DNA of 50,861 bases from Acetivibrionales bacterium (GTDB taxonomy: Bacteria > Bacillota > Clostridia > Acetivibrionales > RGIG10202), in contig JBGUYI010000079.1 in assembly GCA_045118635.1 (NCBI GenBank), positions 1-50,861 of the forward strand, in the 5' to 3' direction. The translations under genes were made by a program, and so were the position numbers. The notes under the pieces are model-generated. The model was not told where the DNA came from. It did no database searches and saw nothing but the letters and a program-made list of their open reading frames with translations. Position 1 is the first letter of the stretch; every line of letters starts with the position of its first letter. Positions 7,888-17,138 of the stretch are shown piece after piece.

Positions 7888-10002
7888 TTACCTTTGTTTT
7901 GCTATCATTATTACTATACTTCTTGGACCTACAGTATAGGAGGATTGATTTTTTAATTTAATTTCATCTCCAACTTCTGCAATTTCTGATTTGTAAGTAT
8001 CTGAAAATAAATACCATTTTTCATCTAAGCTAAGTGATGGTAATTCGAAAATTTGTGATTCCCAATACATATTCATGATAACATATATATGGTCATTATT
8101 TATGTTATTGCAATATTTTGATTTTCCCCAAAGCATAAGTGCAATGCTTCTACTCCAATCATTTTTATTTGGTTCATTTATTTTTGTACCATGCCATGAT
8201 ATGTGCGAAAATCCACTCCCCTCTTCCTTTTCATCTTCCCAATGAAGTTTATTCCTTAAAACTGAATGAGTTTTCCTAAACTGTATCATTTTTTTAGCAA
8301 AGTTATATATGTCTTTATTTTTATTCAAGTCATCCCAATTTAACCAAGAAACTTCATTATCCTGACAGTATGCATTGTTATTTCCATATTGAGAATTTCC
8401 CATCTCATCACCCATATACATCATTGGAATACCCTGACTAATCATTAATATACTAATTGCATTTTTTATCAATCTTTTTCTTAAAATATTTACTTCTACA
8501 TTGTCTGTTTGACCTTCTACTCCACAATTCCAACTATAATTTGTATCATTACCATCTTTATTATTTTCGCAATTTGCCCAATTGTGTTTTTGATTATACG
8601 AGAACAAGTCCATCAAAGTAAATCCATCATGACAAGTTATAAAATTAATTGATGAACAAGTCCCCAAACCTTTATGAAAATAAAGATCAGGTGACCCTAT
8701 TATCCTTTGCATGACAGAAGTTACCATTCCTTGATCACTCTTTAAAAATCGCCTAATATCATCTCTAAATTTACCATTCCATTCGGCAAATCTTCCCCAA
8801 GATGGAAAGCTTCCGACTTGATATAATCCACCTGCATCCCATGCTTCCGCTATTAACTTACACTTACCTAAAACTGGATCAAATGCTAACGATTCAAGAA
8901 GTGGTGGATTATTCATAGGAGTACCATCTTGATTTCTTCCAAGGATTGATGCTAAATCAAATCTAAACCCGTCTATATGATACTCTGCAACCCAATTTCT
9001 TAAATTTGCTAATATTAAATCTCGAACAACGGGATGATTGCAATTTAATGTATTACCACATCCACTAAAATTATAGTATTCTCCATTTGCTGTTAGCATA
9101 TAATATGTTTTATTATCTATACCTCTAAAAGAAATACATGGTCCTAACGAATTTCCTTCTGCTGTATGATTATAAACAACATCTAATATTACCTCTATTC
9201 CATGTTTGTGAAAATCTCTAATTAGAGTTTTGAATTCATCACATTCACCATTAAATTTCCCAGTTTTAGCATATCCAGCCTTTGGCGCAAAAAAACCGAC
9301 TGAACTATATCCCCAGTAATTTAAGAGTTGTTCTCCTGTTATTGGGGATGTTTTACTATTTTCAAATTCATCAAAACTGGTGATTGGCATAAGTTCTACA
9401 CAATTAATACCTAAATCTTTTAAGTATGGAATTTTTTCTCTAATTCCTGAATACGTTCCTTTATATTTAACACCAGATGATTTATGTTTTGTAAAACCCC
9501 GTACATGCATTTCATATATGATCAAATCCTCCATTGGTATTTCTAATTGCTTATCTCCTCGCCAATCATAATCAAATCTTGTAATTCTAGCCCTATGAGG
9601 ATATTTACAAGCTAGGTTGACTTTTTTTCCCCATTCGTCACGTCCAGCAATTGATTTTGCATATGGATCTAATAAAATTTTTGTATTGTCAAACCAGTAC
9701 CCTTTTTTTGGTGCAAATTCTCCATCCATCTTATAGCCATATTCTATTTCCTCGTAATCTAGTCCATAAACTATCATACAAAAAACATTGCCTATTTTAA
9801 ATGTATTAGGAAAAGGTATCTCAACAAATGGGTTACGCTCACCCCTTTTGTATATAACTAATGTACATGATGTAGCATGTTGAGAATATACAGAAAAATT
9901 TATTCCACCTGGCACAATTGTGGCACCAAATGGCAAAGGGTTTCCTTCTCTTAAATCATATCCTTGATATGTAGTAGTTGGATTATTATCTATTCTTTCC
10001 AT
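7888..10002 (-). CDS. glgX: Glycogen debranching enzyme (GH13 isoamylase type)
   Basis: The four GH13 regions are present: VILDVVYNHT, DGFRFDLASIL, IAEAWD and FITCHDGFTL. The N-terminal PLPFGATIVPGGINFSVYS is typical of GlgX. AGGAGG lies upstream of the ATG. Confidence 0.92.
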   Translation of the reverse strand: MERIDNNPTTTYQGYDLREGNPLPFGATIVPGGINFSVYSQHATSCTLVIYKRGERNPFVEIPFPNTFKIGNVFCMIVYGLDYEEIEYGYKMDGEFAPKKGYWFDNTKILLDPYAKSIAGRDEWGKKVNLACKYPHRARITRFDYDWRGDKQLEIPMEDLIIYEMHVRGFTKHKSSGVKYKGTYSGIREKIPYLKDLGINCVELMPITSFDEFENSKTSPITGEQLLNYWGYSSVGFFAPKAGYAKTGKFNGECDEFKTLIRDFHKHGIEVILDVVYNHTAEGNSLGPCISFRGIDNKTYYMLTANGEYYNFSGCGNTLNCNHPVVRDLILANLRNWVAEYHIDGFRFDLASILGRNQDGTPMNNPPLLESLAFDPVLGKCKLIAEAWDAGGLYQVGSFPSWGRFAEWNGKFRDDIRRFLKSDQGMVTSVMQRIIGSPDLYFHKGLGTCSSINFITCHDGFTLMDLFSYNQKHNWANCENNKDGNDTNYSWNCGVEGQTDNVEVNILRKRLIKNAISILMISQGIPMMYMGDEMGNSQYGNNNAYCQDNEVSWLNWDDLNKNKDIYNFAKKMIQFRKTHSVLRNKLHWEDEKEEGSGFSHISWHGTKINEPNKNDWSRSIALMLWGKSKYCNNINNDHIYVIMNMYWESQIFELPSLSLDEKWYLFSDTYKSEIAEVGDEIKLKNQSSYTVGPRSIVIMIAKQR

Positions 10003-10357
10003 ATTTACCTCCTACATTCCATACATCAAATACCTCATAAATAGATGAATATATGGAAAATATATTTTCAAAACCCGTCAAATTCATTATTTCTATAATT
10101 TGATCATTTAATCCTACTAAAACAAGTTTTCCCCACTTTGATAAAATATCTCTATCTAACAAAACTAAAAACCTAAAACCTGCATTAGATATGAATTCAC
10201 AGTCTGTCATATCTAATATCATATGACAATTTTGCTCTACGTACTTAAAAATACTATTCGAAATTTTTTTTGTAGTAGCGTTAGTAAGTCGTCCTTTTAC
10301 TTTTATTAGGTCCACATCAAAAATCTTTTCATGTGCTATATTCACTATACACCACAC
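9986..10357 (-). CDS. STAS-domain protein (SpoIIAA/RsbV-like anti-sigma-factor antagonist fold)
   Basis: The motif DMTDCEFISNAGFRFLV retains the usual phosphorylatable Ser position, and IIEIMNLTGFENIF forms the C-terminal helix. The start is uncertain (GTG 10357 or GTG 10345). The stop overlaps the glgX start by 17 nt. Confidence 0.7.
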   Translation of the reverse strand: MWCIVNIAHEKIFDVDLIKVKGRLTNATTKKISNSIFKYVEQNCHMILDMTDCEFISNAGFRFLVLLDRDILSKWGKLVLVGLNDQIIEIMNLTGFENIFSIYSSIYEVFDVWNVGGKYGKNR

Positions 10358-10408
10358 CCTCTATTTTATTTAAATAATATCTTTCCCTAATCTACTATCT
10401 AAATATTC

Positions 10409-10441
10409 AAAAAAGATGGTGCAGAAATAACACCATCTTTT
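10409..10441 (-). terminator. Intrinsic terminator of clpE
   Basis: The stem aaaagatggtg/caccatctttt is 11 bp. A T-run follows on the minus strand. Confidence 0.8.
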
Positions 10442-10444
10442 GTT

Positions 10445-12709
10445 CTAGTCAATAATTATTTTTTTGTCACAAACATAAACATTTATATTGCTTCCTTCTT
10501 TATACTTACCCATCAAATAATTATCTGCTAATGGATTTTCTATAAGTCTTTGTATAGTTTTTCTAAGTGGTCTTGCCCCATATTTAGGATTATATCCTTC
10601 TTCTAATATAACATCACTTACATCATCACTAATTGATATATTCATGTTTTTATTCTTTATTTCACAAATAACATCATTTAACATTAACTTTACTATTTCT
10701 TTTAATTCTTCTTTAGATAATTCACTAAACACAACTATATCATCTATCCTATTTAAAAACTCAGGTCTAAATACTTTCTTTAATTCATCAGAAACTTTAT
10801 TTTCTAAGCTTTGATATGAATCGCCAAAAAATCCTATACCATTGCCTTTTGTATTAGTCCCTGCATTAGATGTCATTACTATTATTGTATTCTTAAAATC
10901 TACTCTATTCCCCTGGCTATCAGTTAAAACTCCATCATCTAAAACTTGCAGCAACATATTAAATATGTCTGGATGCGCTTTTTCTATCTCATCTAACAAT
11001 ATTACAGAATAAGGATTTCTCTTAACTTTTTGAGTAAGCTGACCTGCCTCATCATAACCTACATATCCAGGAGGTGCACCAATCAATTTTGAAGCAGTAT
11101 GTTTTTCCATATATTCAGACATATCAAGCCTTATAAGTGATTTTTCGCTTCCAAATAATTCACATGCCAAAGCCTTAACAAGCTCTGTTTTTCCAACCCC
11201 AGTAGGTCCGACAAATATAAACGATATAGGTTTTCTAGAATTTCTAAAATCTGTTCTATTTCTTTTTATTGCATTTGCTAAAACAGAAACAGCATTTTTT
11301 TGCCCTATTACCCTTTCGTGAAGTCTTTCTTCTAGTGACAATAGTTTCTTTGTCTCTAGTTCATTTATTTTTTGAACAGGTATCTTAGTCCACATCCTTA
11401 TAACTTCTGCTAAGTCATCATAAGTTACTACTATTGGAACATTCTGCTTTTCAATTTCTTTTAGCGATTGTAAAAGCTTACATTCTCTTATTTTTAAATC
11501 AGCCGCCTTTTGATAATCTTCTATTGAATCAGCCATAACTGCTGAATCTTTTTCATTTTGGATATTTTGTAATTCTTCCTTTATATTAGCAAGTTTTGTT
11601 AAATTAACATTATTAAGATTTGCACGAGATGCAGCTTCATCTATAACATCAATAGCTTTATCTGGTAAAAATCTATCTGTTATATATCTTTGTGAAAGAT
11701 ACACAGCATCTTTTATCACATCATCAGAAATTTTAACTTTATGATAATCTTCATAATATCCTTTTATTCCCTCTAATATCTGTATTGTTTCTTCTGCACT
11801 TGGTTCACTTACAAACACTGGTTGAAATCTTCTCTCTAATGCTTTATCCTTTTCAATATGTTTTCTATATTCTTCTAATGTTGTCGCCCCTATTATTTGT
11901 ATTTCTCCTCTAGACAATGCAGGCTTTAAAATATTTGCAGCATTCATAGCCCCATCTGCTTCTCCTGCTGACATAATATTATGCAACTCATCTATAACTA
12001 GTATAACATTTCCTAAAGATATAGCTTCTTCTATTATTCCTTTCATTCTGGTTTCAAATTGTCCCCTAAATTGAGTCCCTGCAACTATACTAGTGAAGTC
12101 TAACATATATACTTCTGTATTAAATAATTTTATTGGGACCTCTTTTTTTATGATTTTGTGTGCTAAAGCCTCTGCTATAGCAGTCTTTCCCACTCCAGGT
12201 TCTCCTATTAAAACTGGATTATTTTTATTTCTTCTATTTAATATTTGAATAACTCTTTCTAACTCATTTTCTCTTCCAACAACATTGTCAAGCTTACCAT
12301 CTTGTGCTTTTTTAGTTAAATTTATTCCGTAATTATCTAAATACTTTTTCTTTTTTGTATCATTTTTTGTAGCAACTTTTACATTAGATTTAACGTCATC
12401 ATCATAATTATCTTTTTTAAATCCATTAAAAAAATTCATGTATGCATCTTTTGATACTTCGCCATCTTCATCTTCCATATCACTTAATTCTTCTATATCC
12501 ATTGTGTTAAAAATATTACCAACTTGAGTATTTAAATTTTCTAATTCCTCTTCTGTCACACAAGTATCCTCTAATAATTCTTCTACTGGTTTTAATCCTT
12601 GATTTTTTGCGCACTTTAAACACAAACCCTCTTGTATCTTTTTTCCATTTATATACTTTGTGATAAAAATAAGAGCCATATTTTCTTTACAAACTGAACA
12701 TTTTATCAT
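10445..12709 (-). CDS. clpE: Class III Clp/Hsp100 AAA+ ATPase with an N-terminal zinc ribbon (ClpE type)
   Basis: The N-terminus has CSVCK...CLKCA. The two Walker A motifs are GEPGVGKTA and GPTGVGKTE, and the Walker B motifs are VIDELH and LLDEIEKAH. AAAGGAGA lies 7 nt upstream of ATG 12709 (MIKCSVC). Confidence 0.85.
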   Translation of the reverse strand: MIKCSVCKENMALIFITKYINGKKIQEGLCLKCAKNQGLKPVEELLEDTCVTEEELENLNTQVGNIFNTMDIEELSDMEDEDGEVSKDAYMNFFNGFKKDNYDDDVKSNVKVATKNDTKKKKYLDNYGINLTKKAQDGKLDNVVGRENELERVIQILNRRNKNNPVLIGEPGVGKTAIAEALAHKIIKKEVPIKLFNTEVYMLDFTSIVAGTQFRGQFETRMKGIIEEAISLGNVILVIDELHNIMSAGEADGAMNAANILKPALSRGEIQIIGATTLEEYRKHIEKDKALERRFQPVFVSEPSAEETIQILEGIKGYYEDYHKVKISDDVIKDAVYLSQRYITDRFLPDKAIDVIDEAASRANLNNVNLTKLANIKEELQNIQNEKDSAVMADSIEDYQKAADLKIRECKLLQSLKEIEKQNVPIVVTYDDLAEVIRMWTKIPVQKINELETKKLLSLEERLHERVIGQKNAVSVLANAIKRNRTDFRNSRKPISFIFVGPTGVGKTELVKALACELFGSEKSLIRLDMSEYMEKHTASKLIGAPPGYVGYDEAGQLTQKVKRNPYSVILLDEIEKAHPDIFNMLLQVLDDGVLTDSQGNRVDFKNTIIVMTSNAGTNTKGNGIGFFGDSYQSLENKVSDELKKVFRPEFLNRIDDIVVFSELSKEELKEIVKLMLNDVICEIKNKNMNISISDDVSDVILEEGYNPKYGARPLRKTIQRLIENPLADNYLMGKYKEGSNINVYVCDKKIIID

Positions 12710-12823
12710 AAAATCATCTCCTTTTCTTAGCAAAAATATCCCGCTATTTTAAGGACCTTATTATATTATACAAATAAAAATTAATATTCATTCCTTTTTT
12801 CTAAACATCCCCTAGCAAGTCCT

Positions 12824-12872
12824 ATTTTACTTTATTTTTTCTATAATTGCAAATTGACAAAAATAAAGTAAA
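12824..12872 (-). promoter_or_regulatory. clpE promoter embedded in a 14-bp perfect inverted repeat
   Basis: On the minus strand, TTGCAA (12847-12852) is followed by a 17-nt spacer and TAAAAT (12824-12829). The repeat arms ttttactttatttt (12825-12838) and aaaataaagtaaaa (12859-12872) flank the -35, and the left arm overlaps the -10. Confidence 0.5.
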
Positions 12873-12911
12873 AAAAATACTGTATTTCCAAGAGTAATGT
12901 CTCACGTTGCA

Positions 12912-14333
12912 TTATTTTTTGCCCATTAAAGAACTTAAAAATTTTGATTTCCTATTCAGTTCTAATTGCACATTTTCATATCCGTACTTTTCAATTATAG
13001 TTTCTTTACCACTAAATAAATTTGTCCCTAACCCTAATCTATCACCTTCTATTTTGCCGCCTATTGCACTTATAGTTGTTGGAAACATATCTAATTGAGT
13101 AAATAATCTTTTGTTATTTTTTATTGTCATTTTATCAAAATCAGTATTTATAAATGTATTATAGGTTGTCCTATTATAGTTTTTCGGCAAACTATTGCAA
13201 AATTTTAAATCCATAGTGATATGATCTCCAACTATCACAATTACAGTATTTTCATAAAAATCCTGTTTCTTTACCCAATCTACAAAATCACTAACCATTG
13301 AATCAGAATTATATACAACATTACTATATTGATCTTCAAAAATATTTTCGCAGTCTTTTTCAACATAACCATCTTTAAAATGTGTATTCATAGTATTTAT
13401 TATATAATTGAAGGGTTTGCCATTTTTTGATATTTCTAACAACTCTTCTTTTGCATATTTAAACAAATCACTATCACTATATCCCCACCAAACAATGTCA
13501 TCCTGTGTCATTTTGCCTTTAGCTATTGCAGTGTTTAAGTCTGATACATTGTAATGATGATTCTTATACAATCCATCAATCGCTCCAAATTCTGAATTAG
13601 AACCCATTATCACATAATTTTCATAACCATTTTCATATAGTATATCCCCTAATGTTATTCCTTCATAAAACTTTTTGAAATCATACTTATTTATTTTGTC
13701 AATATCAAGTTTTAAAGGAACTCCTGACATTTGTGCTAAAATTGATGCAGTTGTAAAACTAGTCCCATCTAAATACAAACCTCCACCTAATTTGTTTGTA
13801 TCAGAAAAACTAATATTATCATTTGCCATTTTTGTTAAGTTAGGTATTAGACTATCTTTCATAAAACCACCGTCTTCTTTAGCTGCATACGTGTTTTCTA
13901 CTGATTCTAAAATTATATATATTAAATTTTTTTTATTGGTAAACTCTATATTTACATCACTTGGGTTAACATAATTCTCTTTAATAAAATTAGAACTCAT
14001 ACTATTTACAAAAACATACTCAAAAATACCTAATTTATAAAATGCAAAACTTAAGCCAACAACTAATAACGGTACATAAATCCACTTTTTATCAATTTTT
14101 CTGATGAATATTAAAATACCAATAGCTAGCACTATTCCCGGAATAACAGACCATAATATATAATTTAAAACAAACTCACCCGGCGCACCATTTAATGGGG
14201 CCAGCACAGTAAAAAACTTTCCTTCAGCTGGTGTCTCCACAAAAGAATGCGTAAACCATACAATTCCTAAAAACAACTGCACAATGACGAAACTTAATAA
14301 AAACTCAAACATATATTTTAAGTATTTATACAT
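12912..14333 (-). CDS. Membrane-anchored sulfatase-family transferase (LtaS/OpgB-like)
   Basis: N-terminal TM helices are followed by an extracytoplasmic sulfatase-like domain (IILESVEN, NTHF, VIVGDH). GGAGGGAG lies upstream of the ATG. Confidence 0.7.
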   Translation of the reverse strand: MYKYLKYMFEFLLSFVIVQLFLGIVWFTHSFVETPAEGKFFTVLAPLNGAPGEFVLNYILWSVIPGIVLAIGILIFIRKIDKKWIYVPLLVVGLSFAFYKLGIFEYVFVNSMSSNFIKENYVNPSDVNIEFTNKKNLIYIILESVENTYAAKEDGGFMKDSLIPNLTKMANDNISFSDTNKLGGGLYLDGTSFTTASILAQMSGVPLKLDIDKINKYDFKKFYEGITLGDILYENGYENYVIMGSNSEFGAIDGLYKNHHYNVSDLNTAIAKGKMTQDDIVWWGYSDSDLFKYAKEELLEISKNGKPFNYIINTMNTHFKDGYVEKDCENIFEDQYSNVVYNSDSMVSDFVDWVKKQDFYENTVIVIVGDHITMDLKFCNSLPKNYNRTTYNTFINTDFDKMTIKNNKRLFTQLDMFPTTISAIGGKIEGDRLGLGTNLFSGKETIIEKYGYENVQLELNRKSKFLSSLMGKK

Positions 14334-14521
14334 TAAAAACTCCCTCCATTTTACTACCTACTACCCGGCAAAGAACTTTCTCCATACAAAATTTGTATCG
14401 TCAATATTCTAAATATTTTTACAATAATAAACAATATCACCATAAAAATTTTATGTCAACCATAAGTTTACCAGAAAATATATAAAAATTCAACAAAAAT
14501 TTGTATTTATCGTCAATGCAT

Positions 14522-14565
14522 AAAAAAACTTGGACAAAAAACATAGGGAACATCTCTTGTCCAAG
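14522..14565 (-). terminator. Intrinsic terminator of the sanA-like gene
   Basis: The stem cttggacaa/ttgtccaag is 9 bp with a 19-nt loop. Seven T residues follow on the minus strand. Confidence 0.7.
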
Positions 14566-14590
14566 GTATATTCTAATTTAGACGGGTACC

Positions 14591-15295
14591 TCAAAACTCT
14601 ACTCCATCATCTGTCACATCTCCATATCCATCAAGTGAAATCTTTTCACCCAAAAATTTAGGCAATGGTTTAAATATACACTTAATAAAATCTTTATTTC
14701 TTGCGATTATTTCTCTTATTTCTCTATATGTATCTCCTACATATGATATATCTTCTGCAGGCTCTCCATAAGCTGAGATCCCTAGACTTTTTGCAATATA
14801 TAGGCATCTATACAAATGATACTTTTGTGTTACTATAACTATATTTTTTGCTCCAAAAATCTCTTTTGCTCTATATATACTATCATATGATGAGAATCCT
14901 GCATGATCCATAAATATATCACTTGATGGTACACCTTTTTGTACCAAATATTTTTTCATCACAGTTACTTCATCATACTCTTTTGTACCATGGTCACCGC
15001 TTACAATTATGGTAATTCTTCTACTAGTATTAGCTACATTATTTGATTTAATATTATTATATACTCTAAAAGCCTTATCTAGCCTATCTTTTAACATAGG
15101 ACTTGGCTTATCCCCAAATAACCCAGCACCTAAAACCAAAATACTACAGTCACCTTCACTCTTAAAAGCATATTCACTAATATCATCCTTGGTAGAACCT
15201 TTAACATAAAAGTTAATCCCTAGAACAAACACAAGCGTCAATACTCCAATAGCCAAAATACACTTAATAAAACTTTTCTTGCAAAACCTTCTCAT
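14591..15295 (-). CDS. DUF218 / SanA-like membrane protein
   Basis: The motifs ILVLGAG...IIVSGDHG...VTQKYHLYR match the SanA/YdcF family. AGGAAAGG lies upstream of ATG 15295 (MRRFCKK, followed by a TM helix). The longer ORF-track start would overlap pit. Confidence 0.75.
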   Translation of the reverse strand: MRRFCKKSFIKCILAIGVLTLVFVLGINFYVKGSTKDDISEYAFKSEGDCSILVLGAGLFGDKPSPMLKDRLDKAFRVYNNIKSNNVANTSRRITIIVSGDHGTKEYDEVTVMKKYLVQKGVPSSDIFMDHAGFSSYDSIYRAKEIFGAKNIVIVTQKYHLYRCLYIAKSLGISAYGEPAEDISYVGDTYREIREIIARNKDFIKCIFKPLPKFLGEKISLDGYGDVTDDGVEF

Positions 15296-15309
15296 AAAAC
15301 AAACCTTTC

Positions 15310-16326
15310 CTAAATAAACATTTTTATTATATGGGCAACCCCAGCACCCATTAGTGCAGTTATAGGTAGCGTTATAACCCAAGCTACAACTATCCCTCTA
15401 ACCACTCCCCATCTAACAGCAGATGGCCTTTTTGCTGCGCCTACACCTAAAACAGATGTTGTTATTACTTGCGTAGTACTAACTGGAGCTCCGAAATGAG
15501 ACATAGTTTCTATTATAACTGCTGCCCCTGTTTGTGCCGCAAAACCTCCTATTGGTTGGAGCTTTATCATACTAAGTCCCATTGTTTTCATTATCTTCCA
15601 TCCTCCTATGGATGTACCAAGAGCCATCGCCAACGCACACGCACACTTTACCCATAACGGAACATCCGCATCAGGAGCCAATACTCCAGATGATATCATT
15701 GCCAATGTTATTATACCCATAGATTTTTGCGCATCGTTACTACCATGAGAATACGCAACAAATGCAGCTGATACTATCTGAAATTTTGAGAACCACTTGT
15801 TTACAAAGGCTTGTGTAAACGGTCTTAAAACTTCATACAATACAGACATCAATAAATAACCTACAAGTAGTCCCATAATAGGTGCTGTAAATAATGGAAT
15901 TATGACTTTTCCTAAAACTCCACCATGACCTGTCCAATTTACAACGTTAGATGAATTTGCAAAAACTATTGATGCCCCTATTAATCCACCTATCATAGCA
16001 TGAGATGAACTACTAGGTATTGCAAAATGCCACGTAATAAGGTTCCAAACAATAGCTGCTATTAAAGTTGCAACTATAGCATATTTTCCACCTGGTGCAT
16101 TGCTTTTTATCAATCCAGCCGATATAGTCTTTGCAACCTTACTACTAACTAAAGCACCAACAAAATTTAATATTGTGGCCATAATTATAGCCTGTTTTGG
16201 TGATAAAACTCTAGTAGACACTGACGTAGCAATAGAGTTTGCTGTATCATGAAATCCATTTATAAAATCAAACAATAAAGTTAATACAATAGTAATAATC
16301 AAAAGTATACTAGTCACACTAAACAT
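15310..16326 (-). CDS. pit: PiT-family inorganic phosphate transporter
   Basis: The PHO4 signatures GFHDTANSIAT and GSNDAQKSMG are present in a polytopic membrane protein. Its start overlaps the upstream DUF47 gene by 8 nt. Confidence 0.9.
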   Translation of the reverse strand: MFSVTSILLIITIVLTLLFDFINGFHDTANSIATSVSTRVLSPKQAIIMATILNFVGALVSSKVAKTISAGLIKSNAPGGKYAIVATLIAAIVWNLITWHFAIPSSSSHAMIGGLIGASIVFANSSNVVNWTGHGGVLGKVIIPLFTAPIMGLLVGYLLMSVLYEVLRPFTQAFVNKWFSKFQIVSAAFVAYSHGSNDAQKSMGIITLAMISSGVLAPDADVPLWVKCACALAMALGTSIGGWKIMKTMGLSMIKLQPIGGFAAQTGAAVIIETMSHFGAPVSTTQVITTSVLGVGAAKRPSAVRWGVVRGIVVAWVITLPITALMGAGVAHIIKMFI

Positions 16327-16945
16327 GTTTCATTACAATCCCTTCTATAATATTTGCCACATTTTCACAAGAATCCAAAATTTCTTCTAAAAAATTATAT
16401 ATGGATTTCCATCTTATTACCTGCATAACGTCCTTTTCATTCAAAAACAACTCTTTCATAGCTCCTCTAAAAATGTAATCTCCATCATTTTCAATCTTAT
16501 TTATATCTATAATTTTATTATGAATCTTTTCTGTTTTCTTTTTCATAAATCTTAAATCTGTTATTAATACTTCCAATTCATTTGTAGCATCTATCGCAAG
16601 CTTTGCAAGTTTTTTTGCTTCTTCTTTTATTGTATCTACATTATACATCATAAATCTTTGTGCTGTCATTTCTATTTGATCTGTTATGTCATCTAACTCT
16701 TTAGCTATTAAATGAATATCTTCTCTATCTATAGGAGTAATAAAAGATGCATCTAATTGCCTAAAAACTCTATGTACTACAGCATCACATTCATGTTCAA
16801 TAACTTCTATTTGCTTAACCTTCATCCCTACATCTTCGTAATTAATTAATAAATCATAAAACAACTTAGCAGCCTCAACATTCTTTTTTACAATCTCTAC
16901 AAAAAAATCAAAAAATATTTCCTCTTTTGGTGTAATTCTAAACAT
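16319..16945 (-). CDS. DUF47 (PhoU-like, YkaA-type) Pit accessory protein
   Basis: This is a helical protein of about 205 aa, translationally coupled to pit as in the conserved ykaA-pit pair. AAGGGAG serves as the RBS. Confidence 0.8.
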   Translation of the reverse strand: MFRITPKEEIFFDFFVEIVKKNVEAAKLFYDLLINYEDVGMKVKQIEVIEHECDAVVHRVFRQLDASFITPIDREDIHLIAKELDDITDQIEMTAQRFMMYNVDTIKEEAKKLAKLAIDATNELEVLITDLRFMKKKTEKIHNKIIDINKIENDGDYIFRGAMKELFLNEKDVMQVIRWKSIYNFLEEILDSCENVANIIEGIVMKHV

Positions 16946-17138
16946 AAACTTTTGCTCCCTTTCTTACCGTTTTTTTTATACAGGTTTTTCTTTTCCGAGT
17001 TAATTATAAGACAATATTTTATTATTTGCAATTCTTATTTTTATCTTTTTGTAAATCTTACTCTGTTTTTTTAGTAAAAATATTTTTAAGGAGGATTTTT
17101 ACTAAAATTTGTCGAAATAACGTATAGGGGGGATTATT

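Noticed and set aside
12780-12880. Expected a CtsR operator (GGTCAAA-NAN-GGTCAAA) upstream of clpE.
   Set aside because: Only a single GTCAAT half-site-like string is present, and no tandem heptad repeat could be read on either strand.
14546-14558. ggaacatctcttg in the loop of the sanA-like terminator resembles the ggacatctct block of the E-elements.
   Set aside because: It is an isolated match of about 10 nt with no flanking similarity. A chance match of this length is plausible in 100 kb of two-strand sequence.
14591-15382. An apparent 73-nt overlap between the sanA-like ORF and the 3' end of pit.
   Set aside because: This is an artefact of using the longest ORF. A good RBS precedes ATG 15295, and the N-terminal extension has no membrane-protein logic.
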